From positions 3,360,001-3,424,000 of the forward strand of contig OZ244048.1 of assembly GCA_965215265.1 (NCBI GenBank): a stretch of 64,000 nucleotides of DNA, written 5' to 3'. Origin of the DNA: Candidatus Poribacteria bacterium (GTDB lineage: Bacteria > Poribacteria > WGA-4E > WGA-3G). Position numbers and translations under genes: made by a program. Shown here piece by piece: positions 10,114 through 20,077 of the stretch (position 1 is the first letter of the stretch; each line of letters opens with the position of its first letter). The notes under the pieces were generated by a model. That model did not search any database, was not told the origin of the DNA, and saw nothing but the letters and a program-made list of their open reading frames with translations.

Positions 10114-11439
10114 TCAAGCTTTAAGTCTAATAGTTTTGGCGAGGTACATCAGTGCCGATTTACACTGTGATTCAACCTCATTCATGGCAACAGTAAGTTC
10201 TGGTTCGGAACATGCTTGTAAGTGGAGCCGATCATCGGTAACTATTATGTCGTAAGTAGACTTGACATTGGCAAATCTAATTTGCTTCTCCGTTTCATCC
10301 TCTAACGTAAACGCCGGATCTACTTCAAAAATTTCTCTGATTGCCAAACCGTGGAAATTTTTGTACAATGCATGCGCGGAAAAGGTGTCAGACGAGTTTT
10401 CCTCTGATGGAACATCTGGATGTGGTGGATGCGTATCGCTCATAGAGGCCGGTGGAGATTCTGGCGTGTCTGCTAATGGCAATTTTTTATCATCAGATGC
10501 AGTTTCCTCGGTTACAATGCTCCGTGATATTTCAGATTCCAGTTTTTGTGAAAAAACAGCAGACCTAGGTAAATCTTTCTCCGCTTCAATATAGTCAAGT
10601 TGGTTTTCAGCAATTTTCGAAAAGGCAGGCAGCGCGTCAGTTTTTTTCTCCGGTTCGGAACCGGCAATTTCTGATTGGTTCCTCAACTCCACCGTCATTT
10701 CTTCTGTGATGTCAATTTCATTGTAGTCAGTCACCTCTTCGTATTCCAAAACATTTGAAATGATGTGTTTGACATCTTCGCGTGCCTCCATCATCGTATT
10801 TGGTTCTGTGACAATCTGTCGTAGTGTTTGAATGCCAATAGATTGGATTAGTGGGTGAAATACCAGCATTTCTGGTGGGGCGACTTCAAAAATTGAGCGT
10901 GCGACGCGAGCGACTTTCGCCATTTCGCGGTTCCTCTCAAGTTTGAGGCGTGTTTCACAGCCCCTTAACGCTCGAATTAATTCCTGCATAAACTCAGGTG
11001 TCACGAGATGGGGAAGGATTTGGGTTCGGAAATGTTCACAGGCACGTTCCGCTTGTTCCATTTGTTGTATCTGTTTCGCGCGTTCATGCATGACTTGTGC
11101 GAGCGGATCTAAAGCAGAACTCGTCTCTCTCAATTCAAGCAGCTCATTCGACTCTGTTAAAGACGTGTTCTCCTGGGATGTCTCATAGTCGTCAAGAAGA
11201 TCTGTCACCCAGGTGTACATCAAGTCAAAATCGAAATGTACATTTTCGAGTTCGGGTTCGTTGAGTAGTTCACGGCTCTGCGATATGCAAAGGTGTAACT
11301 GTTCCTTCTCTGACCTCTCATAAGGAAGTCTACGCTGCTTTTCTATTGCGATTTGTTTTTGCCGGGATTTCCGGTCGCGATTGCGCTTTTCACGTTTCCG
11401 GGCAACATTCGCGGTCCTACGTCCCTTTTTTTTTGCCAT
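10114..11439 (-). CDS. Hypothetical protein with basic N-terminus and acidic low-complexity middle
   Basis: 441-aa ORF; no family motif recognised. Confidence 0.7.
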   Translation of the reverse strand: MAKKKGRRTANVARKREKRNRDRKSRQKQIAIEKQRRLPYERSEKEQLHLCISQSRELLNEPELENVHFDFDLMYTWVTDLLDDYETSQENTSLTESNELLELRETSSALDPLAQVMHERAKQIQQMEQAERACEHFRTQILPHLVTPEFMQELIRALRGCETRLKLERNREMAKVARVARSIFEVAPPEMLVFHPLIQSIGIQTLRQIVTEPNTMMEAREDVKHIISNVLEYEEVTDYNEIDITEEMTVELRNQSEIAGSEPEKKTDALPAFSKIAENQLDYIEAEKDLPRSAVFSQKLESEISRSIVTEETASDDKKLPLADTPESPPASMSDTHPPHPDVPSEENSSDTFSAHALYKNFHGLAIREIFEVDPAFTLEDETEKQIRFANVKSTYDIIVTDDRLHLQACSEPELTVAMNEVESQCKSALMYLAKTIRLKA

Positions 11440-12189
11440 GGAAGTATCTTTTATTGAAGTTGTACGAAATTCTGTTTAAATCGTATCCATTTACTGCACA
11501 GGCAGTCCGTGTCCCTAAATCCGACTCCAACTGAAACATAAGGCATAAGGTAAAAAGACGTTATGAAAACAAAACACGGCAGCCAATGTGCATCAACACG
11601 GATAGAAAAAGAAAATTGGAATCGGGGAATTGCAACCTACCCCGACGGACTTTACATATCAACTCTCTGATATTTTTAAGTATATATGAAAAAGAAATGG
11701 ATTGTCAAGTTTTTTTTGCAAAGCACGCGAATTGCAATCCTATGTTGCAAATTTCTACCACAATTTAACAAAATATATAGAAAAAAGTTTTAGAGTGGCA
11801 TATTCGATATACTACATGCTATTATTAACGTAACGTGAGTGCTGCGTAGATTCAGAGGAGGTTTCTTCCTTGATATAGAGACACCGTCCACACCGTCCAC
11901 ACCGCCGCGATGTTGAAAAAAGGTTGTTAGATTTCGGTGACACTTGCGGAGCAGAGTGCTTGGAGGTGCAAGATTTACTTGGATGGAAACAAATGAGTAT
12001 ATTCATGACTTCACGGGTATGTGGGCTTAGCACGCCAGCATCTTTTTTCACTGATGGATACCGGAAGTTGAAAGGGCATCTATTTTTCAGAACACGCCTC
12101 TCTTTTATCGAATTCACATTAACGTAGAATTTTCCTACTAAACATTGATAGGAGCATCGACAGAAATTGTCTACGAACGGAAAATAGAA

Positions 12190-13032
12190 ATGCCTAAACT
12201 AAAGAACGAGCCGGCGTACGCCTTAGGGAGAACCGAGCATGAAACGAGGCGGCTCATTGCACAGTCGAAAATTTATGGAGGTGCGACCTGGCACCTTTTG
12301 AAGGACTCTGGTATAGCAAGCGGGATGAAGGTCCTTGATATCGGGAGTGGTGCAGGCGATGTTGCGTTGATGCTCGGCGAATTTGTTGGACAGCAGGGAC
12401 AGGTGATAGGTGTAGATGTTAACGCCGCAATTCTTGAAACCGCCCGGCAGCGCGCAGCAAAAGCAGGGGTGACAAACGTTGAATTCATCGCTGGAGATGC
12501 ACGAACACTTAACCTTGACACGGACTTTGATGCAATTGTAGGTAGATTTGTGCTGATGTACATGGCGGATGCTGTTGATGCGTTGAAAAATCTCATAACC
12601 CACCTACGTCCTGGAGGGATTGTCGCTGTTCAGGAACCGGAATACACTGCCTACCGCCTACTTTTACATCCGGATACCCCTTTGATGAACCAACTCATTA
12701 CGTGGATTTGCTCCGTATTTGAATCCTCCGGAGCGCATCTTGACCTGGGTATTGGCCTTTACCGGGTTTTTGTTGAAGCAGGATTGCCTGAACCTACTAT
12801 GCAATTTGAGGCACCTATCGGGGCGGCGGCAACCTGGGAAGGATACCAATACATGGCGACTATTTTTGAGAGTCTCCTCCCGCTCTTAGAAAAATATGGG
12901 CTTGCAACCGCTGAGCAAGTTGATGTGGAAACTCTTGCCGACCGGATACGGCAGGAAGTGACTGTGGCAAAACGCCCCTTCTTTTTACCATTACATGTTT
13001 CTGCATACGCACAGCATGTGAAAAAGATTTGA
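12190..13032 (+). CDS. Class I SAM-dependent methyltransferase (Methyltransf_31 type)
   Basis: VLDIGSGAGD, GVDVN, FDAIVGRFVLMY, LRPGG. Confidence 0.87.
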   Translation: MPKLKNEPAYALGRTEHETRRLIAQSKIYGGATWHLLKDSGIASGMKVLDIGSGAGDVALMLGEFVGQQGQVIGVDVNAAILETARQRAAKAGVTNVEFIAGDARTLNLDTDFDAIVGRFVLMYMADAVDALKNLITHLRPGGIVAVQEPEYTAYRLLLHPDTPLMNQLITWICSVFESSGAHLDLGIGLYRVFVEAGLPEPTMQFEAPIGAAATWEGYQYMATIFESLLPLLEKYGLATAEQVDVETLADRIRQEVTVAKRPFFLPLHVSAYAQHVKKI

Positions 13033-13135
13033 CATGTTCCTTAAAAATATGTTAAAATAAATTTACTTGTTACCTTTTAATTTAGCGAAAGAAAAAGGAT
13101 TTTAGGTTGCGCACTCAATTAAAATGTGGTATAAT
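13029..13135 (+). promoter_or_regulatory. Two sigma70-type promoters for the rpsF operon
   Basis: TTGACA-18-TAAAAT (13029-13058) and TTGCGC-17-TATAAT with extended TG (13107-13135). Confidence 0.6.
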
Positions 13136-13201
13136 TGTATAGTACTAAACTTGAAAAATGATTTAAGAGACTTTGACTACCAGGTCGAATATATCGATTA
13201 A

Positions 13202-13260
13202 TCTCTGCTCCCTGTAAATCCTTCCATTAGCAGTGGAGCCGTCAGTTCGAAGAGAGGCAT
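13202..13260 (+). promoter_or_regulatory. S6:S18 ribosomal protein leader (autoregulatory RNA)
   Basis: CTCTGCTCC...GGAG-CCG...AGAGAGG hairpin with the CCG motif on the 3' side, overlapping the RBS directly upstream of rpsF. Confidence 0.6.
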
Positions 13261-13266
13261 TTAATT

Positions 13267-13602
13267 TTGAAACCATACGAACTCTTGCTTATCATTACCC
13301 CTGAGCATGATGATAGTGAAGCAGAAGCCTTGAGCGAAAATGTTCAGAGCCTTATCAAAAATGGTGGAACGCTTTTAAAGGTGGATGCTTGGGGAAAGAG
13401 GCGGTTCGCCTATCCGATTCAGAAACGCACTGAAGGTTATTACGTGCTCTATATCTTTGAAAGCGCGCCGAGTTTCATTGCGGAATTAAATCAGTCGCTG
13501 CGCGTGATTGAACCTATTATGCGCTATATGATTGTCCGTTACGAAGGCGACGTTGCGCAGTTGAAAGCTTCAGCAGCTGAAGTTGAGGGTGATGATAGTT
13601 AA
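13267..13602 (+). CDS. rpsF: 30S ribosomal protein S6
   Basis: YELLLII, WGKRRFAYPI, EGYY; TTG start; operon context. Confidence 0.95.
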   Translation: MKPYELLLIITPEHDDSEAEALSENVQSLIKNGGTLLKVDAWGKRRFAYPIQKRTEGYYVLYIFESAPSFIAELNQSLRVIEPIMRYMIVRYEGDVAQLKASAAEVEGDDS

Positions 13603-13814
13603 AAAAATATAGTGCTCAGCGTAAAGAATTAGCACATGAAGATTTAATTTCGCCTGCTACGTGCAGGATTTTATCGCGAGCGGAATATGTACTTTCCCGC
13701 CACGCGCGGAATCTAATTAAATTAACGGAAACGGCCAAAAATCTCTAATGAGATGCGTCCAGGAATCTGCACGTCACATTGGCCTTCTCGCTTCCTGCGA
13801 AAAAAGGAGCAATC

Positions 13815-14267
13815 ATGGCAAGCTACAATAGGGTCATTCTAATGGGAAATCTCACCCGGGACCCTGAGATGAAATATCTACCGAGCGGGGCTGCTGTTAC
13901 GAATTTCGGCATCGCTATGAATGAGCGATATACCGACCGGCAAACCGGAGAACAGAAGGAGAGTGCTTGTTTTGTTGATGTAGAGGCTTGGGGCAGACAA
14001 GCTGAAATAGCGAACGAGTACTTGACAAAGGGGCGACCTGTCTTCATTGAAGGGTCTCTTAAGTTTGACTCTTGGGAAACTGAAGATGGGAGTAGGCGGA
14101 GCCGGCTTTCGGTTCGCGCCTTTCGTATCCAATTCCTGGGAGGGCGTCCGGATGATGCCGAGACGGGCGGTGGGTACGCTGAAGCACAGCCCGCGGCTTC
14201 ACCGACAGTGCAAGCACCGATAGAAGATGCGGCACCCTCGACTACAGAGGATGACATCCCATTTTAA
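13815..14267 (+). CDS. ssb: Single-stranded DNA-binding protein
   Basis: NRVILMGNLTRDPE and C-terminal DDIPF; AGGAG RBS. Confidence 0.96.
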   Translation: MASYNRVILMGNLTRDPEMKYLPSGAAVTNFGIAMNERYTDRQTGEQKESACFVDVEAWGRQAEIANEYLTKGRPVFIEGSLKFDSWETEDGSRRSRLSVRAFRIQFLGGRPDDAETGGGYAEAQPAASPTVQAPIEDAAPSTTEDDIPF

Positions 14268-14290
14268 GAACGCATCTCGTACAAACGTTC

Positions 14291-14343
14291 TTCCAATCAA
14301 CTGTAAAGGCGGGTAGCAGATCTGGCTTTACAGTTGATTGGAA
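14291..14343. repeat. 18-bp perfect inverted repeat between ssb and rpsR
   Basis: TTCCAATCAACTGTAAAG ... CTTTACAGTTGATTGGAA with a 17-nt loop. Confidence 0.8.
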
Positions 14344-14440
14344 GGGAAGGCTAAAACTGTTTTAATGGGTTTGTGAGCATAGGTGTGTGCATTCCAAATA
14401 GATTGTGTCGCTTCCTATAACCAAAAAAGGAGAAATTTCT

Positions 14441-14641
14441 ATGGCATTCCGACGCAGACAACGTTTTGGTAAATTAGAATCTGTGGATTATAAAGATGTT
14501 GATACGTTGAGAAAATTTATTAACGAACGTGGAAAAATTGTGAGTCGCCGGGTTACGGGCTTATCTGCGAAGCAACAGCGAATGGTTAAACAGGCTGTCA
14601 AACGTGCGCGGAACATGGCACTTTTGCCGTTTACGCGATAA
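14441..14641 (+). CDS. rpsR: 30S ribosomal protein S18 (Zn-free type)
   Basis: [34 protein letters not shown]; no Cys. Confidence 0.96.
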   Translation: MAFRRRQRFGKLESVDYKDVDTLRKFINERGKIVSRRVTGLSAKQQRMVKQAVKRARNMALLPFTR

Positions 14642-14716
14642 TCTCGACATCCTCAGGCCGGGTGTGCAATGAGCGACAACCGCCCTGAGAAGACTAACAT
14701 GCTTAGGAAGTTAATT

Positions 14717-15169
14717 ATGGAAGTTATATTAAAAAAAAGCATTGAAGGGCTCGGAGTCCCGGGTGATGTTTTAAAGGTAGCAGATGGGTACGCCCGAAAT
14801 TACCTACTGCCCATGCAGCTGGCGGTGCATGCAACCGAACGGAATCGCCGGCATTTTGAACACGAAAAACGGGTGATCGATCAGCAGGAATCTAAGGATC
14901 GGGAACGCGCCCGCGAGATTGCCGGACAGATAGCCGGTGTCACGTGTAATCTCCGCAGACGTGCGGGTGAAAATGATAGACTTTTCGGTTCTGTCACATC
15001 TATGGATATCTTGGAATTACTGCGTGTAGAAGGATTTGATTTAGAGCGACGGACGATCGACCTGACAAATCCTATTCGTGAACTTGGCGTATTCATGGTG
15101 CCGGTTAAGTTACACACAGATGTCGTCGTTGAGCTCCGGGTGGTTGTTGAACGTGAAACTGAAGAGTAA
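14717..15169 (+). CDS. rplI: 50S ribosomal protein L9
   Basis: MEVIL, LG..GD..KVADGYARNYLLP, LFGSVT. Confidence 0.96.
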   Translation: MEVILKKSIEGLGVPGDVLKVADGYARNYLLPMQLAVHATERNRRHFEHEKRVIDQQESKDRERAREIAGQIAGVTCNLRRRAGENDRLFGSVTSMDILELLRVEGFDLERRTIDLTNPIRELGVFMVPVKLHTDVVVELRVVVERETEE

Positions 15170-15242
15170 CAGTGGCCGCGGCTGCCCTTAAAGACTTGGG
15201 GGCGGATTGTCCTAGTCCTAATTCCAAATATCAGGGTGGTGT

Positions 15243-16580
15243 ATGCAGGTAGAAGGGATTGAACCTCTTTCAGACAAGGAAGCAGAACAAGCTGTGCTGG
15301 GTGCAATGATGACAGAAAAGTCAGTCATTCCCCGGGTTGTTGCTTTGCTTGGGCATACCCCGGATGCCTTTTTTACCACAGATCATCAGTTAATCTACAC
15401 AGCGATTCTGTCAGTCTATGAACGGGTCAGCAAAGTGGATCCGCTGCTGGTAGCGAACGAACTCAATCGTACGAGTCAATTGAACCGTACTGGCGGTGCT
15501 GACTATCTCTATCAGCTGCAAGCCCCTATTGTAGAGACGGAAAGTACAGAATTTTACGCGGAGATCCTTCATGAAAAATCAACGCGCCGGCGATTAACTT
15601 ATGCAAGTGGGCAGATTCGAGAACTTGCACAAGATGAAGATATAGAGCTCGCAGAGGTCTTAAATCAAGCACAGGAGGCTGTCTTTGAGTTAGGGCAAAG
15701 TGACGCACAAAGGGGATTTGCGGCAATCCGGCCGTTACTGACGCAGAGCATTGATGCAATTGAAAAGCTTTATCACAAAAAGGATCGATTCCTTGGCGTT
15801 CCAACGGGGTTTATGGATTTCGATGTGATGACCTCTGGATTGCAGCCTGGCAATTTTATCATTATTGCAGCGCGGCCGAGTATGGGAAAAACAACGTTGG
15901 TGCTGAATATAGCCCAGAACATCGCGTTGGAACAGGAGCGTCCGGTTGCTATCTTTAGCCTTGAAATGCCTGCGCAGGATGTTGTTATGCGGATGCTCTC
16001 TGCGGAATCACAGATAGATTTCGGCAGACTTCGTACCGGTAAGTTTAGTGAAGATTATTGGCGTCCACTCACTGAAGGTGCGGGCCGATTAGCAGAAGCC
16101 CCTATCCTGATTAATGACAACCGTGGATTAACCGCTCAAAGTTTGCGTGCTGAAGGCCGTCGGCTGAAAGGTGAACACGAGAATCTGGCTCTAATTATCG
16201 TTGATTATCTACAACTCCTGAGAGGAACAGGCAGATATACTGCACGCGAGCAGGAGATTTCAGAAATCTCCCGGTCGTTGAAAGTACTCGCCTGGGAATT
16301 AAACGTCCCTATCATTGCATGTTCGCAGCTGAGCCGTGAAGTTGAACGTCGCCCGGACAAACAGCCACAACTCTCTGATTTACGTGAGTCTGGCGCGATT
16401 GAACAGGACGCAGACCTTGTTGCTTTTCTGTATCGTGACGACTATTACCAAGATGAGACACACGATGAAGATAGGGTTGAAGCCAATTTGCTAATAAAAA
16501 AGCAGCGGAACGGACCTACAGGGACGGTCGTCCTCTATTTTAGCAAAAAGCAGATGCGATTTGAGAATGCCAGTTATTAA
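15243..16580 (+). CDS. dnaB: Replicative DNA helicase
   Basis: AARPSMGKT, FSLEM, VDYLQL, SQLSR, SDLRESGAIEQDAD, KQRNGPTG; no intein. Confidence 0.97.
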   Translation: MQVEGIEPLSDKEAEQAVLGAMMTEKSVIPRVVALLGHTPDAFFTTDHQLIYTAILSVYERVSKVDPLLVANELNRTSQLNRTGGADYLYQLQAPIVETESTEFYAEILHEKSTRRRLTYASGQIRELAQDEDIELAEVLNQAQEAVFELGQSDAQRGFAAIRPLLTQSIDAIEKLYHKKDRFLGVPTGFMDFDVMTSGLQPGNFIIIAARPSMGKTTLVLNIAQNIALEQERPVAIFSLEMPAQDVVMRMLSAESQIDFGRLRTGKFSEDYWRPLTEGAGRLAEAPILINDNRGLTAQSLRAEGRRLKGEHENLALIIVDYLQLLRGTGRYTAREQEISEISRSLKVLAWELNVPIIACSQLSREVERRPDKQPQLSDLRESGAIEQDADLVAFLYRDDYYQDETHDEDRVEANLLIKKQRNGPTGTVVLYFSKKQMRFENASY

Positions 16581-16686
16581 ATGGCATGAGAGCTCATCGT
16601 AACGCTGGCTAAGATGGTTCTGATGAGATGGAGCGAGAAAGGTAGACGCGAGAACGAACGTCGATATCGCGAACGCGTACAAAAAT

Positions 16687-17511
16687 ATGAATCATCAACC
16701 GATGCCAGATGAATTCTCAAAGGGGTTTAGGTTTTCACTGAAAATTCGATTGTATCATGCCCTCTCCGAGATAGGGCATGCATTTACGTTATTTTTCCAA
16801 ACGCTTGTTCAGATTTTCCTGCCGCCCTTTCAGTTTGATTTGCTGACTAAGCAGTTACTGCTAATCGGATTTAACTCCCTATCTGTAGTTCTTGTTTCAG
16901 GATTTTTCACGGGGATGGTGCTCGGAATTCAGGGTTACATTCAATTGAAGCCGTACGCCGTGGAAGGCTCTGTTGCGCGATTTGTCTGTGTGTCTGTAGT
17001 AAAGGAACTCGGACCAATGATTACGGCATTTGTCCTTGCCGGGCGAATTGGTGCCTCAATTACTGCTGAGCTTTCAACAATGAAAGTTACAGAGCAAATT
17101 GATGCGCTTGAGGTGATGGGCACCAACCCTATCAAATATCTGGTTGTGCCGCGATTTCTCGCTTGTTCTATCATGCTCCCGACTCTTACTGTCTTCTCAA
17201 CGTTCGCAGGAATTGCAGGTGGGTTTATCGCCGTTGTGTCTCTATTTGATGTAAACGGCTATTTTTTTTTATTAGAGGTGCAGCGGAATCTGTTTGTGGC
17301 GAGCGTTCTTGTTAGTTTAATCAAGGCAACATCCTTCGGCATGGCTATCGCAGCAATCGGTTGTTACAAAGGATTCAGTATCTCAACTGCCGGTGGTGCA
17401 GAGGGTGTTGGTGTCGCGACAACGGGTTCTGCGGTAATTTCCTTGATAACAATCTTGGTATTAGATTTTGTCCTAAACCATATTCTGTTTAATATGTTGG
17501 GATGGGTATGA
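16687..17511 (+). CDS. mlaE: MlaE-family ABC transporter permease
   Basis: KELGP, AGRIGASITAELSTMKVTEQIDALEVMG, GVGVATT. Confidence 0.93.
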   Translation: MNHQPMPDEFSKGFRFSLKIRLYHALSEIGHAFTLFFQTLVQIFLPPFQFDLLTKQLLLIGFNSLSVVLVSGFFTGMVLGIQGYIQLKPYAVEGSVARFVCVSVVKELGPMITAFVLAGRIGASITAELSTMKVTEQIDALEVMGTNPIKYLVVPRFLACSIMLPTLTVFSTFAGIAGGFIAVVSLFDVNGYFFLLEVQRNLFVASVLVSLIKATSFGMAIAAIGCYKGFSISTAGGAEGVGVATTGSAVISLITILVLDFVLNHILFNMLGWV

Positions 17512-17583
17512 AAAGCGTCATCGAGGCCTCTCCAACAATTTACACGCACCGTGCGTTCATAACTGCAATACGATACGAAAAAT

Positions 17584-18369
17584 ATGATCTCTGTGAGGAA
17601 CATCAAAAAAGACTTTGATGGAAAAAACGTTTTAAATGGACTGAGCATTGAGGTTCCACGGGGTGAAACGCTCGTGATTATGGGACGTAGTGGATGTGGC
17701 AAGAGTGTACTGCTCAAGATTATAACCGGGCTCCTCTCTGCTGATTCGGGTGAAATTTGGTTTGAAGGGACAGAAATCTCAAATCTCAATGCAAAAAAAC
17801 TCAATATGATTCGTCGGAAAATTGGAATGCTTTTTCAGTCTTCAGCCTTATTTGACTCGATGACAGTCTCGGAGAACGTTGCGTTTATGCTGGACCAGCA
17901 TACAAACCTCAGTAAATCGGAAATAAGGAAGGTTGTGGATGAGAAGCTCAGCCTGGTTGATTTAGATGGCGTTCAGCAATTGCGACCTGCAGAGCTCAGC
18001 GGCGGAATGCGAAAACGCGTTGGGCTCGCGCGTGCCCTCGCGTTTAGCCCTGAAGTGATTCTCTACGATGAACCGACAACCGGGCTTGACCCGGTCACAT
18101 GCAGCGAAATTAATCAACTCATTTGCAACCTGCATCAAAAACTACAAGTCACATCGGTTGTCGTGACGCACGATATGCATAGTGCCTTCAGTGTAGCAAC
18201 CCGGATGGTCATGATCCATGAAGGCAAGCAGCTTGCCTATGGAAGCCCAACCCAGATTAGAAACATGGATGACCCGATTTTACAACAGTTTATCTTGTTT
18301 GGTGCCCCAGATCAGATCCTCAACACAAGAAATCCAGTTTTACAAGAATTTATTAGGAGAGATACATGA
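17584..18369 (+). CDS. mlaF: MlaF-family ABC transporter ATPase
   Basis: GRSGCGKS, FQSSALFDSMTV, LSGGMRKRV, YDEPTTGLDP. Confidence 0.93.
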   Translation: MISVRNIKKDFDGKNVLNGLSIEVPRGETLVIMGRSGCGKSVLLKIITGLLSADSGEIWFEGTEISNLNAKKLNMIRRKIGMLFQSSALFDSMTVSENVAFMLDQHTNLSKSEIRKVVDEKLSLVDLDGVQQLRPAELSGGMRKRVGLARALAFSPEVILYDEPTTGLDPVTCSEINQLICNLHQKLQVTSVVVTHDMHSAFSVATRMVMIHEGKQLAYGSPTQIRNMDDPILQQFILFGAPDQILNTRNPVLQEFIRRDT

Positions 18370-19961
18370 GAACGACACAGCGTGCCAGTACCCCATATTT
18401 AAAATTCTGGAGCCCCGCTGTTAAAGTGGGAACGATGCTCGTCATTGCAGCTGTGTTACTTGTCCTACTTCTCATAAATGCTGAGAATTGGCCCTGGGCA
18501 ACTAGCGGTGATGAAATGGAATTTCGATTCAGTAGCGTGAATGGGCTTTATATAGGAGCAGGCGTGCACTTATCTGGAGTCCAGATCGGAAAAGTGACCG
18601 GCATCCAACTGCGGCCCGAAACGAATGATGTTGAAATTCGAGCTAGAGTCAGAAATGGATTTCAAATATTACGCCGAGGATGTGGCGCGAGAATTGCCAT
18701 GAATGGGTTTGTTGGTGAAATCTACATTGCATTAGACAACGGTCCAACGGACAATCTTCCGTTAAAACCGACAGACTTACCGATTATTGGAAGGAAGCCA
18801 GTCAACGCCTTAGAACTACTTGAACAAGCGAGCAGTGGGCTGGAGCAAACAATTGCGTTGATTGCCACAGCGAATCAACTTCTACAGACGAATCAGGAAG
18901 CCATCCAACTCGGTATTAAGGAGACACGGGAAGTTGTAGCACTGACTGGCAGAACGATTGAAAAGTTAAGCGTAGATTTTGAAGAAATGGCTAAAATATT
19001 GAATCAGTTGACAACTGAAACCGATACCCGTTTTCAGCATACACTCCTAAAGGCAAATCGACTCATCAGCCAATTGGAGACTGATTCATTGATGATGAGC
19101 AGCCAAATAGGTGATATTACGCGGGAATTGCTCAGGCTGCTTAATATGAATTCACCAAAACTGAATAGCATTTTAACGGAAGTGCAGGCGAGCACTGTCT
19201 TGTTTCGTGAGGTATCCCGGGAATTTCAGCGTAACATGAATACGTTAACATCCGATGTTTCTGCTCTTGTTGCCCAAGGGAGCCGTGCAGTTGAAATGGG
19301 CGAGGCAAACATTACCCCAATTTTAGAGAATCTGCAGGTCACGACTGAAGCGTTCATCATATTAGAGGAAAATATCAATCGGCTTTTAGTCGCCGTGCAA
19401 GAAGGCGAAGGAACGGTTGCACAACTGATTAACACGCCCGAACCGCTTGAGGATGCACGCCAGACTTTGAAAAATGTCAATGAAACAATGTCTTCAGTTA
19501 TGACACTTACGCAACGAACCGAACAGGAATTGAAAAATTTTGAACTTCCAAATATTGGCTGGGATTATGAACTCCGTTATTTAAGTCTTGATGAGCATCT
19601 CCATAATGAATTAGCGATTTTACTATCTCCACAGGCGAAAGCCTCCTATAGATTCGGGTTAGGTGTCCGGCAGGAAAGGATCGCTTATGAATTTCAGTAC
19701 GGGTACAATGTAACAGACTTTTTGCGGGCACGTGCTGGATTCATGCGTTCCAAGGTGGGAGTGGGTATTGAGCTGTGGTTTTTGGCACAGCGGCTAGGTG
19801 TCAGTGTGGAGGGAATTGGCTTGACAAGCAATTTCCCTGAATTGAACACAGAATTAACATTTCGTTTTTTGCGGCAGGGTGAGCTGCTATTCGGAGTGGA
19901 AAATTTGACAGGTAAGCGACGTTGGACCACCGGGTTTCGCTTCCTCGCTGGTGAGTGGTAA
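18366..19961 (+). CDS. mlaD: MlaD/MCE protein with long helical region and putative C-terminal beta-barrel
   Basis: TM helix, MCE domain (GLYIGAGVHLSGVQIGKV...GEIYIAL), about 250 aa of helical sequence, EGTVAQLI, amphipathic beta-strand C-terminus. Confidence 0.85.
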   Translation: MRTTQRASTPYLKFWSPAVKVGTMLVIAAVLLVLLLINAENWPWATSGDEMEFRFSSVNGLYIGAGVHLSGVQIGKVTGIQLRPETNDVEIRARVRNGFQILRRGCGARIAMNGFVGEIYIALDNGPTDNLPLKPTDLPIIGRKPVNALELLEQASSGLEQTIALIATANQLLQTNQEAIQLGIKETREVVALTGRTIEKLSVDFEEMAKILNQLTTETDTRFQHTLLKANRLISQLETDSLMMSSQIGDITRELLRLLNMNSPKLNSILTEVQASTVLFREVSREFQRNMNTLTSDVSALVAQGSRAVEMGEANITPILENLQVTTEAFIILEENINRLLVAVQEGEGTVAQLINTPEPLEDARQTLKNVNETMSSVMTLTQRTEQELKNFELPNIGWDYELRYLSLDEHLHNELAILLSPQAKASYRFGLGVRQERIAYEFQYGYNVTDFLRARAGFMRSKVGVGIELWFLAQRLGVSVEGIGLTSNFPELNTELTFRFLRQGELLFGVENLTGKRRWTTGFRFLAGEW

Positions 19962-20077
19962 AATACTTAACATTGAACGGTATATAAAAAACCGGGTATC
20001 TATTGCAAGGTTAAAAAGTCTACAGACACCTGCATGCTAAATTCGCTTTATCACTTCTTAATTTAGAAGAGAATAAT

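Noticed and set aside
11881-11907. 9-bp tandem repeat ACACCGTCC x2-3
   Set aside because: Short and intergenic, with no supportable function
15243-16580. Intein in DnaB
   Set aside because: Normal length with contiguous helicase motifs
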